From positions 39,618,001-39,682,000 of the forward strand of contig NC_042998.1 in NCBI RefSeq assembly GCF_006345805.1: DNA of 64,000 nt. Direction: 5' to 3'. The stretch is from Octopus sinensis (lineage: Eukaryota). The position numbers and the translations under genes were made by a program. Within the stretch, counting starts at the first letter, position 1. Every line of letters begins with the position of its first letter. Positions 12,901-24,900 of this stretch are shown one piece after another. The notes beneath the pieces were generated by a model, which had not been told where the DNA came from, ran no database searches, and saw nothing but the letters and a program-made list of their open reading frames with translations.

Positions 12901-15900
12901 CTGAATTTAGGTGAGGAAGGGTTAGGGTCTTGAAAATGACCCAAAGCTTGGACATCCTGCACACTGAAACAAACACTGTCTTCACTGCGATGGATGAGAG
13001 GCGACTGACCATAAATCAAATCACCAAAGCTATAAGCAGATCCCATGTGAGAGTCAAGAATAGGCACAAGCATAGCTGTGTGGTAAGGAGCTTGTTTCCC
13101 AACTACATAGTTCTGGGTTCAGTCCCACTGTGTGGCACTTTGGACAAGTGCCTTCTACTATAGACTTGTGTGGTTTTGGCAAATAGAAACTGGAAGCGTT
13201 GCATGTCTGCATACATACATATCTATGAAATGAGCCCTCACTGAAATTTTTGAAGAAAAAATTCCTTAGGCGCAGGAGTGGCTGTGTGGTAAGTAGCTTG
13301 TTTACCAACCACATGGTTCCGGGTTCAGTCCCACTGCGTGGCACCTTGGACAAGTGTCTTCTACTATAGCCTCGGGCCAACCAAAGCCTTGAGTGGATTT
13401 GGTAGATGGAAACTGAAAGAAGCCCGTCGTATATATGTATATATATATGTGCGTGTGTGTCTGTGTTTGTCCCATCCAACATCATTTGACAACCGATGCT
13501 GGTGTGTTTATGTCCCCGTCACTTAGCAGTTCGGCAAAAGAGACTGATAGAATAAGTACTGGGCTTACAAAGAATAAGTCCCGGGGTTGAGTTGCTCGAT
13601 TAAAGGTGGTGCTCCAGCATGGCCGCAGTCAAATGACTGAAACAAGTAAAAGAGTAAAGAGAGGTAGAGAATATTCTCTCCTCAAGAGAGTACTTCAAAG
13701 CTAAAGTAAGTAAAAAAAAAAAAAAACTACCAGATACACTATTAAAAGCTGATAATGGAATGAGAGAAGAGGATTTCCAGTTGTGCAATGAACTATCATT
13801 CTGGCAGATTAACACCTGTCTACAAGATTGAAATTCAAAATACCAGTGGTCTTGAAGAACTTGATGTAGCTTTCTTCTCTTTGCCGTTTCCTTTTCGTGT
13901 CCCTTTGACTTCTCGCTAAAAAATTAAATTTTATATGTATTTTATATTTTACAGCATGTAATTGAAAGATATATACATCATCATTTAATGTGTTTTCCAT
14001 GCTGGCATGGGTTGGATGGTTTGACAGGAACTGGCAAGGCTGGAGAGCCACACCAGGTCCCAGTTGTCCGTTTTGGTTTGGTTTCTACAAAGTGAGATGC
14101 TTTTCCTAATGCCAACCACTTTATATAGTGTACTAGGTGCTTTTTATGTGGTACCAATACCAAAAGAATTACCAAGTGATAAAAATCCCTCAAGTGGGAG
14201 GTGGGGTAGTATTGAGGGGGTGTAGCTTTGTGCCAGTTGAGATATTTAAGATATACTAGGACAGATGTAGGGGTTTTACTGTTGGGTAGATACATGGATA
14301 CCCCACTTGGAAAAGAAAAGAGAATAAGATAAAGAGGCCGATAATGAGATGGTAAAGATGTGTCAGGATAATCCCCTCAAGGACATTGGGGGTGGTGAGA
14401 AAAAGTGAGGGGATACAGAACAGACATCATTTATTCTGACAACTCCACTTTCAGAACATCCTCCTCCTCCGCTACTAATTACCTTTCTTAGGTAAGAAAA
14501 ATTATTCACTACCTCGGGGGTGCCTCCAGGGCATCTGAGAAAATCAGTCCCCTGTGTGACCTTAGACTTCATAGCAAAGGTGCATCTTCCACACACAAAC
14601 ACTACTTTCTATGTTGAACCTTCTTGTTATTCCACTGCACCTCTTGGGTGTCCATTGCTTACACTGGAAGGGTTAACATAGAATGTAGTGTTTGTACGTG
14701 GAAGATACAGAGCTGCCACAAAGTCTAAGGCTACACAAGAAATTGATTTTCTCAAATACCATTGAGGCTCCTTAGAGGTAATGGATAGTTTCTGTTAATT
14801 AGAAGAGTTAATTAGCAGTGGAGGAGGATGTCCTGAAAGTGTAGTCATTAGAATAAGAATAAGATGGAGAATAGTCAAAGAACTGTTACCAAAAGGTCTC
14901 TCTCCTACTCTCCTCCACTGAAAGGCAGACTGTATGATGCCTGTGTATGTACAAAGATGCTACATGGTAGTGAGATGCGGGCCCTGAATGCAGAGGACAT
15001 GTGAAGACTAGAAGCAATGAAGCTTTTATGCTCCACTGGATGTGCAATGTTAGTATGCATGCACAACACAGTGCAAATGTATTGAGAGAAAAGTTAGGAA
15101 TAAGAGGAATCAGATGAAATGTGTGCAAGAATGAAGACTGCTATGGTTTGGTCATGTGATGTGTTGGGATGAGGACAGTTGCATAAAAAAGTGCTGATTG
15201 CTTGAAGTGGATGGAACTTGTAGAAGAGGAAGACACAAGACGAAGTATTCAGTGATTGATCTCTCTGCTCTGTTATACTCCATCCTTAATTCCTCTCTCA
15301 TCTTTCCATCACTTGCAATGCCCTCACATATCTACCAGAGCACCTTTGAGCCACTCCTACATCTCTCACTATCACTAGCCACAGTCACCTCTACCCCGTC
15401 TCTCCTCACACTCTTATGAAACTTCCTCCTCCATCTTCCCAGCCCACTCAACCTGTTCAATACTCTGTACCACCTATATTCACCCCACCCACTGTACTTC
15501 AAAGCCATCTCCCTCAATACTACATCCCCTCCTAGTTAAGGGTTTTTTTCTCTTGCAAGTTACTTGGTGACCCCTACCAGTGCTGGTGCCATGTAAAAAA
15601 CACCTAGTATACTATTTAGTGGTTGGTATTAGGAAGTGCATCCAGCCATAGAGATCATACCAAAGCCGACAACAGAGCCCAGTGAAACCCTCTGGTTGCC
15701 AGCACCAGTCAAACCACCCTGAAAATGGACATTGAATGATGATGATGATGATCTTCATATTCCTCATCGTTTAATGTCTATGTTCCAGGCTGGTTGAATG
15801 GTTTGACAGTATCTGATGGATCCAAAGAGTGCATTGTGCTGCAGTGACTGCTTTAGCATGATTTTCCATGGCTGGAGGCTCTTCTTAATGCTAATCACTT

Positions 15901-18900
15901 TACAGTGTCACCAACACCAATGAGCTTGCCATGCAGCTCACAAAACTATGAATACCCAAAGGGGTAGGACAGCTTTATGCTAGATGACAAGGAGTAGTAT
16001 ATGAGAAGGAGACAGAGCAGGTTCTTAAAGAGGGAGTTACATGGCTGCTCAGATTTAGAAGAGAGGGTTAGAAATCTTAAAAGGAGCTGCAAAGAGATAA
16101 ATAGTGGTGCACTATGTTATGTGTTTGGTTGAAAGGCTCCTTTGGTCTGGTTAAAAACACAACAAACTTCTTTGTGCTGGTGTTATGAATACAGCCAGTC
16201 CATTCTGTAAAGTGGTTGGTGTTAGAAAGTGCATCCAACTGTAGAAACCAAACCAAAATGAAACTTCTAAACAAGATATGGTTCTCTGATTCTTCTACGA
16301 AAGCAGTAATGATCTGTCTATCCCATGCCAGCATAAAAAATGGATGGAGAGATGAGGAAATACATATAAATATGTGTGAGTGTGAGAACAAGAACAAGGA
16401 TTGTGTAACATTGTGCAACAGAGGCAGCATATCTGTGGAAGAATGAATAAATAAAAACTAATAAAAAGCTGTTAATGGCACAATGAAATGCATCCAGTTT
16501 GTAAAAAGGCTGGTGATAAGACACAATATCTGGTACACCATCTAACATCTGTTTTCTATATTGGCATGGATTGGATGGTTTGACAAAAGTTGGCAAGCCA
16601 AAGGACTGTGCCCAGCTGTACTGTCAGCTTTGGCATGGTTTCTAAGGCTGAATGCCCTTCCTAAGCCAACCAGTGGGAATGTATTATCCATGACAAAGGG
16701 ACAGAACGGTTGGTGAGACATTTGCCCAAATCCTAGATGTATGGTGCAAACGGATGTAAAACAATGATAATGATCACACACTGGTTATAAAAAGTAAGAA
16801 TAAATGACATAGAAAAGTGATTTCAATGAATTCTACTGACCTGAATGTAAGTGATAAATACATAGACTTGAGGAGTTAATTGAGTTCCGATAAGTTTTAC
16901 TAGTTTCTCAGCCATTTGGGTTAAATGGCCAACTTTCAAGTTGTATACCTGCAAATACTGTCAACAGAAGCAAAAAACACCATTCTTTTAGTACAATATA
17001 TTATATATAATGGTCAAGAAATGATCCTTTATCATCTCCTCCATTAGATGCTGCATTTGAGAGAGATGACAAAAGACTTTCAATTAGCAATACACAATGC
17101 TAGAGAAGACCCAGCACAGCAAAACACTTTGAAATGAGGCGAGAGATTGAAACCAGAATCTAAGTGTTTGTGTGTTTGTGGCTGTAATATTTGTATATCT
17201 GGTAATGAGTAAGAGCAGTTTGCCCATAGGCAATCATTCCAACAAGCCCTTTTCCTTCCACAACCTGAAAGCTGTCCCCTCACCCCATCATTCCTAGCCC
17301 CCCTACTTGCTCTTTCTATCAAGGTCACAACTTTAGGGCAGTCGCAGTCAGGACTGGCACAATGAAAGGTTGCTCTGATGAGATTGTTGAAATGCTAGAA
17401 TGGAAGCATGCAGACGTGTGCTGCCGCAAAAAGCAAGATGGAGACTAGAGCCATAGCCAGATTCCTCATAAAATCTTTGGTGTTGGTGGTGGGTTTGGGC
17501 ATACTTTTAGCAGAGAAATTGATAAAGTGATTACAGTAGGTAGGAAATGCAGTAAGACACTTAGGCAGAGACTATTCTTGGAAAATACAACAGCAACCTT
17601 TATCTCTACTCCCCAAACCAGGTCTGCCAAACCATCAGAAGAATCCTTTATTCATTTTCTATATAGTTTCTGTCTTTGCAACTTTACTCACAAGGTATGG
17701 TTTGATCTGAACTTACTAAAAATGCGAAATTGCAAAAAATGACATTTGCCTAAGACACATGGCATCATCATCATCATTTAATGTCCGCTTTCCATGCTGG
17801 CATGGGTTGGACGGTTTGACTGAGGGCTGGCAAGCCAGAAAGCTGCACCAGGCTCAATCTGATCTGGCAAAGTTTCTACAGCTGGATGCCCTTCCTAATG
17901 CCAACCACTCTGAGAGTGTAGTGGGTGCTTTTACGTGCCACCAGCACGAGAGCCAGTCAGACGGTTCTGGCAACGACTGCGCTCAAAAGGTGTTTTTTAC
18001 ATGCCACCTGCATGGAAGCCAGTCCGGCAATGATCACGCTCAAATGATGCTTTTTACATGCCACTGATACGGGAGCCAATCTGTGGCCCTGGCAACTATC
18101 ATGCTTGGATGGTGCTTTTAACATTCCACTGGCACGAGTGCCAGTCAGGTGGTACCGTCATCGGCCACGTCAGTGATTTTGATTTGATTTCACTTGTCTC
18201 AATAGGTCTTCGCAAGCAAAGTTTATTGTCCAATGAATGAGAGGTATCCATAAGTGAATGGGCTGGTTACACCCACTGGCATAGGCCACAGTTACAGTCT
18301 CACTTGGCTTGTCGGGTCTTCTGATGCACAGCATATCTCCAAAGGTCTCGATCACTAGTCATTACCTCATTAAGGTCCAATGTTTGAAGGTCATGTTTCA
18401 CCACTTCATCTCAGGTCTTCCTGGATCTACCTCTTCCACAGGTTCCCTCATCTGCTAGGGTGTGACACTTTTTCACACAACTGTCCTCATTCCTTCACAA
18501 CACATGACCATACCAGTGTAGTTGTCTCTCTGGCACACATCTGATGCTTCTTAAATCCAACCTTTCTCTCAGGGCGCTTACACTCTGTTGTGTATGCACA
18601 CTGACATTACACATCCAGTGGAGCATGCTGGCTTCATTCCTTGCGAGCTTACGCATATCCTCAGCAGTCACGGCCCATGTTTCACTGCCATGTAGCATGG
18701 CTGTTTGTACACATGCTTCATACAGTCTACTTTTTACTGAGTGAGAGGCCCTTTGTCACCAGCAGAGCTAGGAGCTCTCTCAACTTTGCCCAGGCTATTC
18801 TTATTCTAGCAGCTACACTTTCAGAGCATCCACCCCTGCTATTGACTTGGTCACCTAGGTAATGGAAGCTATCAACTACTTGTAGTTTTTCTCCCTGGAA

Positions 18901-21900
18901 TGTGACAGAAGCTGTTCTCTGCAAATTTTCAGTGTTTATAGCACCTGAGCATTTGCCACCCCAGTTAGCCTTCCTTTGATATTGCTGCACCTCTTATGTG
19001 TCCATAGCTTACACTGGGTACATCTTATGGAGTTTCTACCTACGCCTTTTCTACAGATCGAGCAGGGCCATCTACCTGAAGGGATTTGTGGTTTGTCTGC
19101 CTTCCTACTTATTAAGACTTTGGTTTTAGCTAGGTTGGCATATTATGCAATATAGCTAAGAATCAACCCACATTTGCTCGTGTGTGCAGTTGTGTGAAAT
19201 GCACACACATTGCCTGCTTTTTACTATTCTAAATATGTTGCTCTCATTTCTATTATCATCATAGCCAATTGTCTATCTATACACACACAAGTTTATTCCA
19301 TCAATATCAACTGAACTGTAATAAAGTATTGAAGTTTAATGATGCGTTCATAACTAAGTGCTTAAATATTGTGGGTATATCTTATGTTTATACATCAACT
19401 ATGCAGTGTGCGCGCGTATCACACCCAATGGTTATCTCTGAAGTAATGCAAAAGTGGAACATAACTTTTTTATTAACTAACAAAGGTTGCTCAAATCACA
19501 CAGGTTGGTAGGAGAAACATTTTCTACACACACACACCCTCTTCCTGTTCTTCTGCATTACAGATAAATAAGTTCCCAACAGAATCCATGTGCCATCAGT
19601 GAGATCTTGACAAAGGAGGGATGCTGGCTGTCCAACATCCACAAAAATCTACAGGTGACGATACCATTGACAAGATCAAATGTGCACAAATAAATGAAGA
19701 ATATTAAAGGAGGGGAAAGCGGTAATGAAGCCGACCTTCATTACTGGTCACTGGGTGCCCATCAATTGTAATCACTGACACAAGTTACCAATTAGCAATT
19801 GGATGGATTCATGAAGTTCCAATGTGTGAGCAACTGGACTGTGGTCACCATTTCAATAAAAACAGAAAGAGCAACAGTGAATTACAAGTACATATTTACA
19901 GTTAAGTGAACTAAGCCATGAAGAATTAAGTGCCTTAGCCACACACACACACACTATGCTAGTGACAAGAGATTAACTATTTCATGTTGGTCTGTCACCA
20001 TTACAACACCATCCAGCAGCTGCTATTTCTCCCATCCTAGTAAGGAGACCATCATGAACTACACACACATCAGTATAAACTTCAATAAACTGGTTTTATG
20101 TAGCAATGAATACCATATTGTCCCTTTGCTCAGCCTAACTCGGTCCCTTGAATAAATGCAAGAGAATTATAGGTTACCTTACCCATTATCCACCCCTATC
20201 ATGGCCCAATCTCTTGCATAAAACCTTGGAAATTGTTTTCATTATCTGTTTCCATCTACTGCAGCCAACACCCAGGGTTATACAGAGTTAGATCTTCATG
20301 TCATAAAGATCCCTCACAACATTAATATTACGCCCCACCACACCCCATACAAAAACATATCCACAATGGCAGTTGCAATGGTGCAGATTAAGTAAGAGGC
20401 TTGTTTAACTATTCTATGGTATCTGGTTCATAGGACCGAGGTGGGATCTATTTTCTTTACTTAAACACAAGTTTGAGGCATGAATAAAAGTTAGTATATT
20501 ACTGGTGAGTGATTTATTAAATATACTTTCTTGTCAGAGGGAGGTATGTCAATCCTGATAGGATTTGTAAAGGGAACTGGTTGCTTCTTTACACTTCTGG
20601 GGTGCAACTTGGGTGCAACTTGGGTGCAACACAATTTCCTTTCTTTTTGTTTCTAGAAACTACCAGTCAGGAACGAAAAGCAAGTTAAAAAATATATATA
20701 ATTCTTTATTTTCTGTTTCGACAATGAAACATGATGGTATGCTGATATCCACCTAGTTCAACGCAGCAAGGCTGAATTCAAACGTTTGTAAGCTTTACAA
20801 CAATTCAGCAGCAGTAGACCAGGTTAAATCCTAAGCGTCTGGGACAGGAGAATAGGCTGATCACAGGATTCAAAATATACGTCCTTTCTCTTCTATCGCC
20901 GTGTCTCAAATCCCTGACGCTATTAAGGAACGCTATAGAATTTATTCTTCAGTCTCTAGCGCATGTGCATGGGGAAACTTCCTTATGCCTTTCCAGAAGG
21001 TTCCAACCCCGCACACGCACACTGAAGAAAGACGTTCCGCATACGCACACTGAAGAATGACGTTGCGTGTGCGCACACTGGAATATGACGTCACTACAGA
21101 TTTGAACCGCCAGTTGAATAAACCAAAACTAAACTCCATAAAACCATTAGACAATGGAAATGGTGGCTAAATTTATAGAGTAACAGACAACAGTTTCACA
21201 GTTTGTATCTTATCACCGAAAATGTGTCCATAACTAAGATAATTAACTCTGTAATATTGTGATGAGTCAAAAGTTTTGCAATATTTTGGTAACTTATTTG
21301 TTTTATTCATCAAGTTAAATTAAAAGCAGCCCAGAATTCAAAGTGGAGGTCATCATTTGTGGCACTGTCTGCAGCCATGTTTCTGCCAATTCTTTGATCC
21401 CACACTGATACAAGTTCTTGTCCTTCGAGGTGAAGAACTCCTTCACTTAAGCTTCTGCCTCCTCTTGGATGATGAAGTGTTGCGAGTGATAATCCAAGGG
21501 AGATCTCGTTCCACAATCCCAATATGCATAAGTAATGGCTGTGTAAAGGCCAGCTATTGGAACCTGATGCCAAACATGGACGTTTTGAACACAAGGTGAT
21601 GCACTGTCTCTAGTGGAATGATGAAGGGATAATTAACTTTGAACTGGTTTCAAATGGTCGAACCATTAATGCCAACCTATACTCCGAACAGCTGGAGCAA
21701 ATTTATGCCACTGTGTGATAAAAAAACCTGGTGTTGGTTAACAGAAAGGGAGCTCTTCAGTAGCAAGAGAATGCAAGACCCCATATTGCTCAAATGACTC
21801 TGGGAGCTTGAGGAAACTGAACTGATGCCACAGTCAGCATATAATCAAGACCCCCCCCCCCCCCCCCCCCCGGTTAATAACCGGTTCTGATCCATGGCTC

Positions 21901-24900
21901 ACTTCTTGTGTCTATAGCTTTTCATCAACCAAGTGTAGGTGGAAGCTTTGCTGAAAGAGTTCTTTGCCTTGAAAGACAAGAACTGGTATCATCATGGGAC
22001 CAAAACGCTCAGCTGCTTTTGTTGTAACTTGAGATGAACAAAGCAAATGAGCCACTAAAATATTTCAAAACCTTTTATTCAATACAATATCTGATAGCAT
22101 TTAAATGTCAGTGCAGTGACAACTCATTACTGTAAACAACTGATTTGCTTTTAATTGGCTTGCAGTGCTAATATACAGAGATACGACTTGAGAACACATC
22201 TGACATGCCTGAATTACATAGAAACAATGTGATTCTTTTTACGGAAATAGTTTATCAGACTCATCATATGACACAGAAAACTATGAGCTACTTACATATT
22301 TAATGTATTGGCAAAATGTAGAGTAGAGGTTCGTTAATTGCTTGATAAACTGTTCACAACTGGACCAGTTTGGTATGGATGTTTGAACTAATTCATGAAA
22401 TGCAGCCACAAGAGATGCCAGTCGTGTACAGACCACTGACAAGACGTCTTCATGTTGACTGGGCAATTGGCTGCTAGAATCTAGAAATAAGAGAATTAAA
22501 AGTGTGAGGAGAAATTAATGAATTTCCTGCATCAGACATATTAGAAAATGGTTAGTGTGTTCCATTAGTGTAGCTTCATTGAATAACAAGGAATCAAGAG
22601 TTTACAGTTAAACAGAATTGTTTAAAGAATAGGATTTTCATTGGTGTTTTGATGACACTTGAAACGACCAAACTATTTTAAGCATTAAGGCTTTTTTTCT
22701 CTCTTATCTCTCACTCTTTTGTTCTAAGTACCTTAAAATAATGGCCACTTGCTGAAAAAGAGTAACAAGCTTGTTATGTTTGGTTCAGGGTAGCACCAGG
22801 TATTTATGTCTACACACACGTCATTATCATTCTTTAATGTCTGTTTTCCATGGGTTTGACCAGAGCTGACAAGCTGGAGGGCTGCACCAGGTTCCAGTCT
22901 GATTTGGCTTGGTTTCCACAGCTGGATGTCCTTCCTAATACCAACCACTTTACAGTGTGCTGGGTGCTTTTAATATACCACGGGTACAAGTGCATTGGCG
23001 TGGCATTGGCACTGGATTCTTGCAAGCCAATCCTCTTCAAGGAATGTGGTTTTAAAACTTCTGCTCTGTACGATGGGTGCACTAACACGCATACACACTC
23101 ACTTGTCATCATCATCATTTAATGTGCGTAGAACATGGATGTGAAATGATAAATGTGACTGTACATGTATGTGTGTTATGTATAAGAGTAGTGTGTGTGT
23201 GTGTGTGTTGTGTGTGTGTATGCTTTGTGTGTACATTGTGTAGGACGTTTAATGTACCATTCACAATAACTGGGATGAGAAGGCAGTAGAAAGAAGTAGG
23301 GGAAATGAGAGGATGATGGATAAACAGTAAGTGATGGCTGCCAATAACAAGTGGCCCAGGAGGGGAAGAAAGTAATGACTGGAAACATAGGTGAAACTGT
23401 AGAGAGGATGGGATATATACAACTCTGATATGATCCCTTGTATGCTTTGCTATGGATGGAAGAGAGATAAATGATAGAGGGATGAGTGATAGAGGTACAA
23501 GTGACCGAAGGACAAGCGATAGACGGACAAGTGAAACAATAAAACTTATTGAATCTTAACTACAGGCAACTTATGTTTCAGATTCAGGTCCATCACACAC
23601 ACACACACACACAAGATTAATAAAGTAATGAGCTGTGTCACCTGTAACTGTGTCCTTGCTACCATACAACTCCATTTTCATCTTCTGGAGAATCCAGTTT
23701 ATTTCATCAAGACCACTTGAGACATAAGCCAAAACTAGGCTTAACACGGAATTAGAACTTTGGCTAGTAATGGCACCATAGTAGCTGTGTTCCTCAACTT
23801 CATATTCCTAAAAGGAAACAAGCCATTAACAAGTTTCTTGCAGATGACATTCAATACATCTTCACTTCCCCTGAATTATCTAAATTCCTGTAATTGTTCC
23901 AATTGAGTTATCTCCCTTAGCAAGCTTGACTATATTTCTCTGATGAGACCTAATAAGATGTAAACATGTTCATAACCACCACCACCACCACCACTAACAA
24001 AGATAAGATTTTCTCCTAAGCTTATACATTAATTTTAGGAACTTAATCCTTAATTTATTGAAATTATCTCACTTAACCTAACACTTATTGCTTGTTTTTT
24101 TTTTTGTTTTCTTTCTTTGAGGGAAATTTCATTTTAGAATTTAGTTTTGTGCAGATACCATTCACTATATTGCTCTTTATGTGTACATGTTATTGAAATA
24201 AAGATTCTAGCTATAAGGAATATTATTAAAGATTTTATCTTATTTCTTTGTGAATCATGGAATGTTGTATAAATTATTTAAATACCATATTTTCTGGCAA
24301 ATAAAGCCTGCTTTTTTTCAAAAATTTCTTACCCCAAAATCATCCTGCACATTCCGTGCTGAAGGTCAAGGTCTTGGTAGACTTGAGCAAGGGACAAGTG
24401 TTAGTTTTAGTGTTATTGCTATTTTTTAGAATGATTAGCAATTTGAAAGGTATAAATTAAAAATATATCTATACACATGTAGTTATATTAAGAAATCACA
24501 GATATATTTATTCAGTACATATTAAGCAAATCTGTATCCCCAGTAGCTGTGTGCTGTTGTTTGTTTGCATGGGAGGATAGCAATTAGCATTGTGAAAACA
24601 TAAAAGTGGTGATATTTGATAATATTGTAAGTAACCTAGCCAAGAAGAATAACAATCAAAGAGCATCGGTCTGAATGTTCATGGTTCCTGTACATGAAAA
24701 TATGTGAGATATTCAGTTTAGGGAATTGGGGTTAGCTGCAGCTTTTTTTTTTCCTGCAGATTAGGCCTGCCACAATTGTAGTGCCCCTTATATGCCTGAA
24801 AATATGGTAGTTTCAGATTATTGTTTGATTTCTTGAAACCAGCAGGAAATAGTTTGGCTGAGCTTCTGTGTTTGTTACCAAAATGCATTAGTGTATGTTG

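Noticed and set aside
20596-20630. GGGTGCAACTT x3
   Set aside because: Short slippage repeat with no other supporting signal
21009-21092. CRISPR-like array (28-bp repeats)
   Set aside because: Units are contiguous with no spacers, only three copies, eukaryotic context, no cas genes
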